From NCBI GenBank assembly GCA_013115125.1, contig JABANN010000210.1, positions 1-52,819 of the forward strand: a DNA stretch of 52,819 nt, given 5' to 3'. Source of the stretch: Perkinsus olseni. Its lineage: Eukaryota. A program made the position numbers and the translations under genes. Shown here piece by piece: positions 35,815 through 48,234 of this stretch. The stretch's first letter is position 1. The number at the start of each line of letters is the position of its first letter. The notes under the pieces were generated by a model, which searched no databases, had not been told where the DNA came from, and saw only the letters and a list, made by a program, of their open reading frames with translations.

Positions 35815-38800
35815 CTAAATCTTCCATAACCGTATGAAACCATCTCCTCCGCCGGTCGCCTGAATGAAGCTAAGATTCCACCAGCGCAAGGACGAGCCCC
35901 AACCACTGGAGTGTAAATCACCAGCGTTCCGTCATCAAACCATCTAACGCATGTGACACCGTCCTTGTGGCAGTCAAAAATCCTCGTCACGAGATTTGCT
36001 GTAGCCACATCAAAAATACAAACCTGAATCCGTCGGTAGAAACGAGAAGGGCCTCCGCTGCTCTGGAGAAGCTCCTCACCGTTTTATCGAGACCGGCGGT
36101 GGCCAATCTGCTGCCAGCTGGTAGCCAATCGCAGCTCATGATACGAGAAGTATGGAAGGTCCAGTGTTGCGTCGAGGGCATGGTCGCCCAGTCCGTCGTA
36201 GAGATGACACTCACCGAACCTGCCGGAAAGGGCAGCATTCGCTCGATTGCCCTCCTCGAAAGAACGCCGACTGGCGGCTCACCGTCAACAGCACCAACGG
36301 CGAGGTGCTTCTCATCCCGAGAAAATCGCAGCAAGCAAACGTCTGCCTTGTGACTGGATTTGATCGCTCTGACCTGCCCGAGCAGTACATGCCATCTGTA
36401 GCGGTCGTCCGGAGTGCGCTCACCTCCTCGCCTGCAGAGTTGTAGACATGCACCGCCCGCTCGGTGGTCTGCTCCTGCAGGGAGGATGTCGAGGCTTCGT
36501 AGGCGGCCACGAAGCACCTCAGATCTTCACCAACTGCCAACTGAATTAAGGCGGCCATCACTCAGCGAAGTACGCTACTCCAGTGGCCCCTCCCAAGGGA
36601 AATGAACATCCAAGACACATGATACTTCGTCTACCTAGTGAAACGCGTGGCGCTGTTATGCCCTCTAGAGGCGAGCAGCCCAGCATTCACGTATTCCACA
36701 CCCGAATGCCGTACACGATGCACTTTTGCCACTACACTGGGATGGGGAGAAACGGATTAACGCCCCAGGTAGAACCGGGCGCATGAATCTTCTAAGGAAG
36801 CGAAGTGCCGCGTGAGCATATCGAGAATAACCCTCAGAGTGCGAGCAGCCCCTATTGATCGCGAAGCCTTGCCAACCCAGTTTCACCGCTAGAGGGTCTC
36901 GGGGAAGCTGGACCGTCCATTTTCCATCCGCCGTCTCGAGTCGACATCCCTTGGCCGAAAACAGGATAGGCGAGCCTTCCGAAAAGCCCAACAACTGGGA
37001 GGCATCGGGGATCTGACCGAGTAGCTCCTCTGGACTTGCCCCTCCCCCCCCCCGCGCATAGACACCTGTCCCAGCCTGGTCATCCCTTGCAGTACGGTAC
37101 CGTCCTTATCCACCATCACAAGCCCCGAGCTGCCATTGTGATAGAGAACTCCGGCCGAGGGCCGGATGCCTCTCGCGATGCTGGAAAGGTGCGGTATTCT
37201 CAGCGCTGACTCATGGGTGACTACCAGAGGACTTCATGATTTTCGAGTTTCCACTCATGCACAGCGGAGTCCGTAGAGGTCCAGATCACGCTGGCCCTCC
37301 TCGAAGGGTTGATAGCTAGGCTGCAGACCTGCCTCGAGTGAATGGGAAAATGCCCTGATAGACCTCGACAACTTCGATTGGAGTTTGGTCCTCGCCAAGG
37401 AGCTTCCTCCGTCATGATAGAACCCGATCAGTGTACCTTGCCGCTGCTTCCAACGATCCCCTCAATGAGCTGCCCATCGGATACGCTCCACTTCATCAGC
37501 CGGCCATCAAGGCAAGTAGTGATGACCGAGTCCTTGCCAGCCGCCTGACGGCAGCACAAGCTCGCCAGATGAGACCGACTCAGTGCTGCTTACTGCGACG
37601 CCAACCTGTTGGTCTCCGAGATTTTTCCCGACCTCAACGTCCCAAGTCAGAGTGGCAGCTTCTTGCCCAAGACGGAAGCATCGAACCTGCTAGTGTTGTG
37701 AGATGTGGGAGCATCAGACAGGCATCGCACATGCTTGTCCGCGTACGCCACAACCACAGTGTCGTCATCGGGACAGACCAGGGAGAATGCTGTACAGGGG
37801 AATTTGGGGAAGGCATAGCGAAAGTCGGCAGTAGTCCCTGACAGACGATAGTTGATTTCAGGGAGCGCTTAGGTACGAAAAACGGAAGTTGTGGTACCGA
37901 GTGAGCGGGGGTCTACCACAAACGAGATCATGGTGGTCGGTGCGGCATCCGTAGGACTATCGTCAAATTCAGGCAGGGATGGATGGCAAAATATCCCGTC
38001 TGCCCCCGACCACTGCACGCTTCGGTACCTTCGTAGACATTGACCAGGCCATCACTACCACAGGTGAGCAGGAGGTGGCCACTAGGAGTGAAGGCTGTCC
38101 CCTGTACAAAGTTACTGTGCTTGCCTGATGGGGGAGAATCTTCAGGGCTTACACGACTAAGCGCTTACCAGTGTGAGACATCTTGAACTTAAACGGAGGT
38201 CCCTCGTAAAAATTGACGCACATATCCTCGGACCCTGAAACGAGCTCGATAGGCTGCCCATATGCTACTCGACAGCGGCCGACCTGTAGCGATTCTGAAG
38301 GGCCTTGCTGGACGGAAGGCGATGGTGTTGACTGCCTTCTGATGACCGGACATGTCACCGATCTGAGGATTGTAACGTTTAAACCGCTAACCCTATCCTG
38401 CTCCGATGAGGAGCTACGCTGGAGCTAAGTGAAGTCTTTGATGATGCAGAGACGACAGGTCGAGGACGGGATTCCGGATGTCGAAACCCGGGTGTTGTGC
38501 TCTCAATCAGCCAGGCTCTTCCCAGGATGGCCGGCTGTGATGGAGGCGAATCTGATGACTTGCCTTGTTGCCAGTATCCCACATGATGCACACAGCCGAG
38601 ACCTCTCGTCCACTCCCACAGACGGCGATGCGCTGAGAGTCGGGTGACCAGGAGATTCCCTGCAGGTGGAAGCGTGCCAGGGCAAGCTGTCGGGGGACTG
38701 ACTCTGATCTCGCCACTCCAAAGTCTGAACTCGCCCTTGCTAGGATGATCTCCTTTGGCACCCCAGACCTGTCAGAGTGGTCGAGCGGTGGCATCGAGGC

Positions 38801-39208
38801 GGTCTTACCATCAGAGCGCCCGAGATGTCACCGCTGGCGACCCATTGGCCGTTGGGGGATATTGCAACCGCCTGGACGCGTTTACCAGCATGGCCGACGT
38901 ACATGAACTTAGACGGGAGAAGGAATCGGAAGAGAGGTCCGAGGCCAAGGGGTCTGATTAGCATGGCGAATGAGCTCACCACATCAGCTGCGTCACGGAG
39001 GCTGCGCAGGATGACGTTGTTGCCTGAGGGGTATCTGAGGTCGAAGCATGCCTTCTGCAGTGCGGAGGGATTGGGCGATGCCGGAGCCGCCAGCAGTTGT
39101 CACTGACGCTATTCTGTTCGGGTCAGTCGGGTCCACTGAGATGTTCAGGGGGAATCCTCGCTCGGGAGAGGGCAGAGGCGGGCAGCACGCGTAGAGGGAG
39201 GAGGCCAT
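35815..39208 (-). CDS. AIP1: Actin-interacting protein 1 / WDR1 (WD40), many introns
   Basis: Diagnostic AIP1 segments: PLPSPERG, SPNGQWVASGDISG, ISWSPDSQRIAVCG, GHQKAVNTIAFRPARPFRIATG, SEDMCVNFYEGPPFKF, HSNFV; last exon ATGGGDGFIRLWKI*. Confidence 0.88.
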
Positions 39209-40049
39209 CAGAGTTAGCTGATCAAAAATCTCGTGTGATGTGCAGCCGCCCTCGTGCATCAGCCAGTTTCGGAGATGTGCTTGAGACCACCGGTTACGCG
39301 GGTTGAGGGTGGCAAAAGGTGTTGTTGCGGAAGGCAACGCCGACAATGAGGGCTTCCTCATGACGCGGGTGGTCGACGAGCGGACAGAACGCCCCGTACT
39401 CGACAAGTTTCAGGGTGTTCAAGAAAGCACTGTTCCTCTCTGTTTCAAGTCCAACCTTTGCACGGGAAGTTCAATCGTCGCAAAAGTGCTCCAAAAGCTT
39501 CGGATGGGATGTAGCAAACACCTCTTCGTTTTCGGCTCGGAAGCCTCACAGCCTCTGAGTAAGAGGATAAACGATGAACCACTTCCGTGACGCAGAATTC
39601 ATCTCATATTTGTCAAGTCAATCCTAGAAAGGACTCTTTTAGTAGGAGTCGCTAAACCTTCAGTGTACTAGCCGGGAATTCGGGGGGAGGGTTTTTTTAC
39701 TGTCAACTGTTGCACCGGAGAACTTCTAAGTCTGCACGCATGCGCAAAATCGCGCCTCCTGTGCACGCGTGCAAGGACTTGTTGTAAGTTGGCTCCGCTT
39801 GAACAAGTATGACACGGAGTGAAGGTCCGACGGATGGATGAGCAATCGGCTGCCATATGAGCAGCTCAATGATAGAGCTTAGCGCGGATTCTTCCTATGC
39901 GTAAATTTGGCATCCGGCCGCTAGACCTGTCTATGATAAGTAAAGAGAATATCGTGAAGGTTGCGGTGAAAATTTAGCCTCGACGTGAAGAGAGCCATAG
40001 CGTTACCGAAAATAGGGGGTTCTGCAGTTGTGAACAAGAGAGGAGTTCC

Positions 40050-41354
40050 GTGATGGTCGTCAACACAGTGAAAGGAATGATGATCCTCTCTTTGGCGAGC
40101 CCGGCTCTGACCTATACAGCCATCGAGGCGGCGACGTATCTGTCAGCGATATCCCTAGAAGCCCTACGCGACGGTTTCACGCTCGATATCGAAGATCTTG
40201 TCCCTCCTCTGAAGCTTCTTTACAAGGGACCACAAAAGTCCGGAATTTTCCTGGACGTCGGTGCTCATCTGGGAAACAGCACAAAAACAATGCTGGGTGA
40301 TTTAGACTCGGCCTTAGAGGCTCTCGTGCATCGCAACCTTCTGCCACAGGCGCCGGACGCGACAACCGTCGTGGTAGCGTTCGAGGCGCTTCCTTGGATC
40401 TGCAACGTACTCGAGCGGAAGGCTGAGATGTTTGGCTGGCAGCTGCTCCAACCAGTTCACATCGAGTGTGCTGCGGTGGCAAAGTCTGCAGGAAAGGCGA
40501 CATTTTACTTCAACAATCCCTACGGCCCGACGGCCTCCATACTCCCGAAGCAAACAACGAGTTACTTGAAAAATGTTACAGTACCTACAAGACGCGTCAA
40601 AGATACTCTCGAGGAGTTCGACTACGCGGACCTTCCCGTATTCCTCATGAAAGTTGATACCGAGGGTATGGACGGGTTGATCGTTGAGGAGACTCTCGGA
40701 GATGGTATCAGACCTAGGATCATCATCTTCGAATACAGCCGGATGTGGATGAGTGACGCCGTGAGCATCCCCCTCGGCGATTTCTCCGACCGAATACAGC
40801 GGGAGTACGGCTACTACTGCTTCGCAGCGACAAGATTGGGCGTGTGGGCACCTCTGTGGGGCCTGTGGTACACCGACCTCATAGACGGGGTCTATTCGTA
40901 TGGGAATGTCGTATGCTTCATCTGCTCCGACGTGATCGCAGACTTCTTGTCGGGTCAGATTCACGACCCTGCTGCTCGTGTTTTCGTCGTGAGCGATTTT
41001 CTGAGAGAGTGCGGCTTGCCGAGCCGCGATCCTGAAAGCCTGTACACCGAGTTGGATCGGATATATTGGGGCGCCCTCAACGGCACAGCTTCCTTGGAGT
41101 GGCACATGGCATCGCTAGCTACCTATCGTGGGGACTTCGCGACTGCCTACAGATGGTCAGACAGCGCTGCTTTGAAGGGCCAGTTCGACGCCGAGTTTCT
41201 TATCGGTCTGCAGACGTATTTCGGCGTGAATCGGCGGGGCGTGGGCAATCGAGAGCGAGGCATCGAGTGGTTGAAGAGGGCATCTCGGAAGGGCCATGGT
41301 GGGGCTGCATGGTTCTTGAGTAGAATAGGATACTCATTGAAGCATGATTATTGA
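40050..41354 (+). CDS. FkbM-family (Methyltransf_21) SAM methyltransferase with C-terminal Sel1-like repeat and N-terminal signal
   Basis: FLDVGAHLG, VVAFEALP, LMKVDTEGMD, IIIFEY. Sel1-like AEFLIGLQTYFGV..NRERGIEWLKRASRKGH. Intronless. Confidence 0.85.
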   Translation: MMVVNTVKGMMILSLASPALTYTAIEAATYLSAISLEALRDGFTLDIEDLVPPLKLLYKGPQKSGIFLDVGAHLGNSTKTMLGDLDSALEALVHRNLLPQAPDATTVVVAFEALPWICNVLERKAEMFGWQLLQPVHIECAAVAKSAGKATFYFNNPYGPTASILPKQTTSYLKNVTVPTRRVKDTLEEFDYADLPVFLMKVDTEGMDGLIVEETLGDGIRPRIIIFEYSRMWMSDAVSIPLGDFSDRIQREYGYYCFAATRLGVWAPLWGLWYTDLIDGVYSYGNVVCFICSDVIADFLSGQIHDPAARVFVVSDFLRECGLPSRDPESLYTELDRIYWGALNGTASLEWHMASLATYRGDFATAYRWSDSAALKGQFDAEFLIGLQTYFGVNRRGVGNRERGIEWLKRASRKGHGGAAWFLSRIGYSLKHDY

Positions 41355-41930
41355 AGTCAATTCATTCGGATGGCCTTTGCGTTATATATTCGGGAAGCTC
41401 GCAGGTAAACAAGCTGAGCACTTGCCGCAAGTTGAGCTCATATCCGTCGGAGACGAGGGTGACCCTCGCAGGGTCTGATTGGAAAGTCATCAAAAGATCT
41501 TCTTGCCCTCATCGTCAGTAGAGAGTCCATGACCCGACGAAGATTTCTCCAGTGGTGCAGCGCCGCTGCCGCGGCAGGAGCGCCATATCAGCGTCGAAAG
41601 TATTGTCAATGCTCTCCCGGAGTCTGACCAAAAGTCTGCAAATTGTCTGTATTTCGGGGGTCTCTTCTGACCTACCCATTGTTATTACCAAACTGGTGAT
41701 ACTAGTGACTATCAGCGGCCGTCGCCGTCCATCGGAAGTTCGCGTCAGTAGTGAATAGACCCAGTATGCGAGAGACTTTCTTGTACGTCTGTTGAAGAGA
41801 AATGTGCGCTCATCGGGCCTCAGTGAGGCCGCCTTACTAAACGCAACAAGAGAGAAGCAGTAGACAACAACATCATGCTGAATATAATGACGATTTCACT
41901 CGTTATTCACGTCTCGTTCTCATTCACATA

Positions 41931-42767
41931 TCAGAACCCAAACTTGTGTAGAAAGGCTCCGAAAACACCTTCGCCAGAAATACGGGGAAATTCATTCACA
42001 TTCGCAGTGGTTGTGAAGCGCCACTCTTTGCTCCTAATTTTCTTGATTGTAGTCTCGATTGTGCCGTTCGTCACTCTAAAGTACTCTTCACAGACATCAG
42101 TAAACGTGGGGTATTGATTTCTTATGATCTTTATCGCAGCCGAACAAGCTTCCCGCATTTCGCGTAAAGTGTTCATCCCATTGGCCATGGAAAATAGGGT
42201 ATCCTGAGTCATCCATTCGCCCGAGCTTGCGGCTGGTTTCTCCAGTTGTTTGGCAGCTGAGCTCACGCTCTCCAGTACGTGACTGCAAGTTGATGCACTG
42301 ACATTCCGGAGTGGATCCAAGCCGCTTGGTTCCGGAGGATCCTCAAACTTGTAGATCTGCCGAAGCAACAAGGGAGAAACCCGAAAGTATGAGGAAATGA
42401 CTTACAAATCGCTTCGAAAGTTGAAGTAGATCCCCCGTCGACGAGGACAGGTTATGAAGTCAGTCTCCGCCACCCTGTCCCGTTGAAGGCGAAACTTCCA
42501 TGATTTCGGAGCTTTCTCCATCGTCTTTTCGTTGCTGCAGCCACCTCCGTCGTTTCTGAGGCTCACGTCCAGCAGTGGAGGGAAGTCCTGAGGGATTCTC
42601 ATAGAGTCACTCTCGTATTGAAGAAGGGACTGCTCAGAGAATCAGCTTACGCCATTCAGATTGAGGGGGTTCACCCACGACGCTGCCTCGATTGCCTCAC
42701 CGAGAGGAGCTAAATTGACAACCATTGCCGCTGCAGTAGTGATGATGATGGACTTGGCACGCGACAT
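41931..42767 (-). pseudogene. Paralog of 18356-19295, lacking the intron-2 acceptor and the start of exon 3
   Basis: Exons 1-2 and QIYKFEDPPEP...HKFGF* are present, but the GFDSNVLK...YLEA segment is missing; splicing to the nearest CAG shifts frame. Confidence 0.6.
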
Positions 42768-42950
42768 CTTAATGGGGATGAACTGTTCCCGCTCCTCGAG
42801 TTATGTGACGTGGGACGAATCGCGTGAAGGACGCAATTCAAGGAACCACGCGAGATAGTCAACAGAACACAACGCCTGAATTGCGGTGAAACAGGCCAGA
42901 AACAGGTAACCAGAGGCCCCTCCCGAAACCCGAGGAGGCAACCAGATCTT

Positions 42951-43037
42951 CGAGCTGTTGCCCAGGGCGAACAGATCCCCGAGCTGTTGCCCAGGGCGAA
43001 CAGATCCCCGAGCTGTTGCCTAGGGCGAACAGATCCC
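42951..43037. repeat. 3 x 29-bp tandem repeat
   Basis: cgagctgttgcccagggcgaacagatccc x3; single copy at the equivalent left-arm site (~18147-18178). Confidence 0.95.
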
Positions 43038-44419
43038 CGAGTCCATTCTAATGCCATTCATTACCCAACTCTCTCATTCTCTTCTTGCCCGAGGCCATTC
43101 CATACAAATGGAAATCCAGCGACAAAGTATGCGCTCGCCTCCGACGTTAGTATGGAGACGGACAGCGTGACGCTGTGAGCGTCGTTCACATTCCGTCAAA
43201 ACGAAGACGAGCGGCTCAGTATGATGACGACGATGATGACCATTATGTTGATACTGTTGTACTGCGCAGGAGCTGTGAGCGGGAACGTGATAATAAGTCA
43301 TCATTGATTTATGATCGGCTAATACTGTACGTGTAGCTTCAATACTGGTATGATATATTCTTGCCTTCTTGTGAGTCTTCGAGCGCTCCGCCGGCCTTCC
43401 AGCTTCGAGCAATCCTTCGGGCTTTTTCGTGCCCTTACATTTTCCGTTATCGTTCCGTGTATCCGTCAATTGTCTCCGTTACTGCTCTACTGTCATTGAT
43501 ATCAGTAGCTACAGCTAACGGGAGGGGTTCGGTCGATGTCTGCGCCTCTCAGATGGAGTTCTCTGAGTTCTCCGAGATCGCATCGACTAAGTCCGTGGTG
43601 GTAGCGCTCAGGGCTCCCAATTGAGACCCTTGAGGAGGATCTCCCACCCATTAAGGGGTCCTCACATCAAAGACCTGGCCCCATATAGAGAGTCCGATAC
43701 CATTGTTCCTTGCCGACGTTTACTTTGGAACTTCATCTTCAAAAGTGGCACCATCAACGTCAATCGGAGGCCTGGGAGGCACTCAGCGCAAGTGAAGGTC
43801 CCACTGCACGCTCTACTTCGTTCGACAGGTCTAATGACAGCAAGAACTAGGACAGGCTTGGGCGTCCACATAGTTTCGGGGCTTTTCCCGTCAATCTCCG
43901 CTGCTCCTTGTTCTCAAGGAGTCTGTTGAAGAGACGGATTCAGTCTCCCCCAGTTGCGATTCTCTCTGCCGATCGTTACTGTGGATTGACCATATCTTTC
44001 TCCACTCATCGCCTCTTCCCATTCACATCGGTTATGGTCTCGGTAATCATCGATAACAAGGATCTTGTCCCTCCTCTGAAGCTCCTCTATAAAGAGGATC
44101 AGTCGCATACACTGTTCTCATTGCGATGCCCATTGCGAATAGAAAGTCACAGAAAGCTCGTTTCGCAGGGGTATTCGGGTATCACTGCTTCCGCTCGTTG
44201 ACGAAGTATGGCTACTAGCTAGGGAATGCGCTAAAGTTACTCCAGAAAGTTTGAGCTTCGCGAAGTTCAGTTCGTTCTTTTCCTTGCACGCCTCTCGAGG
44301 GCTTCTGTATTCGCACACATAGATCGGCGAGACTAAATCGCAACTCAACATCTTTGAAAATGGCAGACCATGATGATACGAAGAACAAGACAGCACCAGA
44401 AATGTTGACACAAAAGACG

Positions 44420-45385
44420 TTAGGCACTCTGCCGAGTAGACGTGACCCAGCATGTCTCCTGCCACGTCTCAACTCTATTAAAATATGTATTGACTAGGGC
44501 GACTAGGCCTCTACGAGGACTGTAGCTCAGCTGTTGGGCTTGACCGACGTAACATATCTTCTCCACTTTGAACCCTTCATACAGTACCACCCGATAGAGA
44601 TACTCATCGAGAGCGCTGCTGACGTAAAGGCATCTTCCTTGCAGACCCAAAGAGAGCCCGCGAGGCCTTGGGATGGTCCTTGTTATCAGCACCCACTCGG
44701 CAGATGGCCCAGCATAGCTGTCCCAGCATAGTACGCTGCTGTCTAGCATGTTTACAATGAAGACCAACCCGTCGAGGACTGTAAACTCATAGGAGACCAG
44801 AGGCAGCCCCCGCATGGGTGGAGAGCGGAAAGTCTTGCCGTTGTCCAAGTCAACGCGGATGATGCGCTTGTTTTCTCTATCGCTTAAATAGAGAATTTTC
44901 CCCTTCTCTGATGCGACCTTCGGGATGCATTTTCCTAGGGAGTCATCGGTGAAGAAGTGAGCTCGAAGGTCCATTGGTTGTGACATCTTATATTTCAACA
45001 AGAGCAAGCGGCTGTCGCTTAAGGACACCACCAAGCCGTCTTGGACGCCGCAGGCGCTCAGCACTTCACAATTAGTCGCCCAAGCGAATTCTGGAAACTG
45101 ACCGAGTTGACGTAACCCCACCACGTAGGGGCTCCTTGATATGATTAAATTATGATATTCAAATGATACGCTGACGGAATCACCGGAGCGAAAATAAGCC
45201 TCCGGTTGATTGGTTTTGAGGAGGGTCGGTGAGGGTGCTAGGAATGACCAGAGCTCGCTGCAGATCTCCAGAGGTAGGAGTGAAGTGAATGGCGAGGCAG
45301 CGGCGAGGCTGACAATGATGTCGAAGTTAAGTCTATTGATGCCGTCTTTCCGGCTGTACGATTGACGCGTATTAGAATCGGGCAT
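44420..45385 (-). CDS. 321-aa F-box-like/beta-propeller protein, right-arm copy
   Basis: Intact ORF of the same length and very similar to 15617-16582. Confidence 0.7.
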   Translation of the reverse strand: MPDSNTRQSYSRKDGINRLNFDIIVSLAAASPFTSLLPLEICSELWSFLAPSPTLLKTNQPEAYFRSGDSVSVSFEYHNLIISRSPYVVGLRQLGQFPEFAWATNCEVLSACGVQDGLVVSLSDSRLLLLKYKMSQPMDLRAHFFTDDSLGKCIPKVASEKGKILYLSDRENKRIIRVDLDNGKTFRSPPMRGLPLVSYEFTVLDGLVFIVNMLDSSVLCWDSYAGPSAEWVLITRTIPRPRGLSLGLQGRCLYVSSALDEYLYRVVLYEGFKVEKICYVGQAQQLSYSPRRGLVALVNTYFNRVETWQETCWVTSTRQSA

Positions 45386-46355
45386 ATGAAAACTATCTCA
45401 TACTAACATGGCATACAATATAAAGATTCTCGAGTACAACCCATGTCAAATTCATGACACGAGTAGACTATTACCGGATACAAGATTCGCGTCTCTACTA
45501 TTTTCACATTCTGGAATATCATCGACGCGCAAAAACTCTCACATACACCTGCATTGCACCACCCTGTTTGGTCTGCGGGTTAATCACCTTTGAACCACCC
45601 GGACCGGGCGACCCCGTCTACATCTCACCTGTAGCCTGCTGATAGCCTATCCCTGTCTGAGTATGATTCGTCCCCGAGCACAATTCCAAGTCCGCTCTAA
45701 CTCTGTGAAGCTCGAATGAAGTCCAATTTATAAGCTATGAAATCGTCATGCCAGTTTGTTTGTTCGGATCGTATTATGTGCCTAGTGTTGCCACTCCGCT
45801 CGAATCAACCGCTGAGGAACTGGGTTCGGCTTGCACTACCTTCGAGAGTTTGACTGGTAAGGACTGGATGTTTCCTCTAGGCAACAGAAGGTTGTTTACT
45901 CACAGGCGAGCGGTCAGGCCGGTCACGAGCGGGTTCGATATTTCAACAGTACGTCACACGGCATAACTATAAAGTCACTCAACTGTCCCTAGCTCGTTCA
46001 AATGCTCATCATTCGAGTTTCTCGATGAGCGGAATATGTGCTGAGTAGAAGACATCAGTCCGAGCATGTCGGAGAAGACCACCGCGCTTGGAAGAGAACG
46101 AGCGCGCTCACGGTTGTGTGCTCGAAACCGCAAGATTCGACAGTTTCGTTGTGCGGTCGCACCGCATCTCAATTACCTCTGCGAATGATCCGTGATTCTA
46201 TCAAGAGTGGAAAATGTGCAAGTCGGGTCCCGCCCTAAGTAGCGCTATATAGCTTAGTCGAATCGCCCTTCCACATACATGGCGACCTCACGCGATCAGT
46301 GCCGGAGTTCGCTCTGTCAGAGTCTCCGATCAGGTTTGTTTGATCGTCCACCTTA

Positions 46356-47213
46356 ATGCTGTTCAGCGCTGTCGTTGTTGTGTACTTGGTTAGTCTCGCC
46401 GAGTCCACCTATTACTGCGAAGAGTAGTGCTTCCTCACTGAAGGCTGTGAGAGTTCCTACTGCAAGGAGAACGGTGTGTGTTTCGGCCTCTACTACGATG
46501 ATGCCACTACTTGTTATCAACCGGGCGACGGTAGTGGTAACTGTGATGACGCAACACTGAGCCCTGTGATGTGCGAAGATAAGCCTCCTGTTACTACTAC
46601 TGCCTCTACTACCACGCTGTGGACTTGTTCTGACGTCTGTAATTCCCTGGTGAGTTGTCAGGAGTCTCCTAGTGGTTCATACTGCAAGGCGTGGATCTCC
46701 CCTCCAGTCTGTTTCGGTATAGTTATCAAGCCTGACGGTACCCTTTGTTATGAAGGTGTGGATGAGGGTTGCGAGGGCGAACCCTACGAGTGTGATAGCC
46801 AAACGATTACAGAATCTTCCACTGAGGCCCCTACTGATGCTCCCGCTGATGTCCCCACCGAGGGCCCTACTGAGGCTCCTGAGGTTCCCACCGAAGCTCC
46901 TACTCAGGGTCCTACTGAGGGTCCTACTGACGCCCCTACTGAGGCTCCCACTGCGGCCCCTACTGAGGCTCCTACTGATGCTCCCACCGAGGCTCCCACT
47001 GACGCCCCTACCGAAGCTCCCACTGCGGCTCCCACTGACGCCCCTACCGAAGCTCCCACTGCGGCTCCCACTGCGGATCCTACTGATGCTCCCGCCGAGG
47101 CGCCTACTGATGCTCCCACTGAGGCGCCTACTGATGCTCCCACCGAGGCGCCTACTGATGCTCCCACCGAGGCGCCTACTGATGTGCCACAATATTCGAC
47201 CATTCTTCCATAA
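46356..47213 (+). pseudogene. Cys-rich TEAP mucin paralog with premature stop
   Basis: MLFSAVVVVYLVSLAESTYYCEE*: TAG at 46425-46427 where the left copy has Tyr; shorter repeat stalk (~46820-47185). Confidence 0.85.
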
Positions 47214-47612
47214 GCGTCGTATCTCCTCTATCGTAATGTCCGTAGTATCCCACGTAGATGAGTTCAACTTAGCACTCTGATTGGGCATAGGCTTGCTCTA
47301 TTATCTCGGCTGCTCTCATTCCTAGTCAGTCAGTAATGAAAATCCAACTGTGAGCTCTCCGTAAACGTGAGTAACTTCTTGTCTCTGCGTTGAGTGCCTA
47401 ATTAACTTATGATAGCATGTGAGCTCACGATGAGCACTTGATTCGCTCAGGCCAAACTTCAAATCTACGCTGATGCCTCTAGCGATGGGATAGTGATTTG
47501 TAGTTGATTTAATAAGCGCCTTCGATACCATCTCTACTCAGCAGTTACTTGTAGTTCGATTTATCGTAGGGTCTTGAATGCTCGCTGCCAGTTGACTTTT
47601 CCTCCTTTCCTC

Positions 47613-48020
47613 ATGAAGTTCGCCTTCGCTGTCACCACTCTGATCATGGCTGCTGCCGAGTATTGTCAGGATATCTGCGATGGTCATGCCGCGTGTGCTG
47701 ACTCGAAGTATGGTTCCTACTGCAAGGGCAATGGTGTCTGCTTCGGCCTCTACCATAAGGATGATGGTTACTGCTTCCAGCCGACTGAGCAGGATTCCTG
47801 TGATGATTATACCCTCGAGCCAGTTGCCTGCCCGGAGCCTCAGCCTACTTGCCAAGATGTCTGCAATGAGATGCCACAGTGCCGCGATTCTAAATGGGGT
47901 TCGTACTGCAAGACCTGGCAGAAACCTCAAGTCTGCTTCGGCATTATCAAGAAGGATGACGACACGCTCTGCTTCGCTCCCACCGATGATGACTGTGAAG
48001 GTGAACCCTATTATTGTTAG
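47613..48020 (+). CDS. Small secreted Cys-rich protein (135 aa), right-arm copy
   Basis: MKFAFAVTTLIMAAAEYCQDICDG...EGEPYYC*. Confidence 0.9.
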   Translation: MKFAFAVTTLIMAAAEYCQDICDGHAACADSKYGSYCKGNGVCFGLYHKDDGYCFQPTEQDSCDDYTLEPVACPEPQPTCQDVCNEMPQCRDSKWGSYCKTWQKPQVCFGIIKKDDDTLCFAPTDDDCEGEPYYC

Positions 48021-48234
48021 AAACTGAATGACGACAGTAATTATTTTCGTTTCTATTTCGATGATTATTTTCGATACGAGAGCATAATATTCGCTCCCTA
48101 CCTAATAGAGTTTCGTTGAAAGTGATAACGGGTGTTTATGAATATGGACACCCATACAATCAACTTGCAAACTATTCCTCGTGATGAGTTATTGGATCAC
48201 CGAAGTCGTCGACCGATAATTCATCCTGGCAGCC

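Larger units (their letters stand above)
41427..48080. repeat. Right arm of the inverted segmental duplication
   Basis: Reverse complement of 12583-19778, with indels. Confidence 0.95.
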
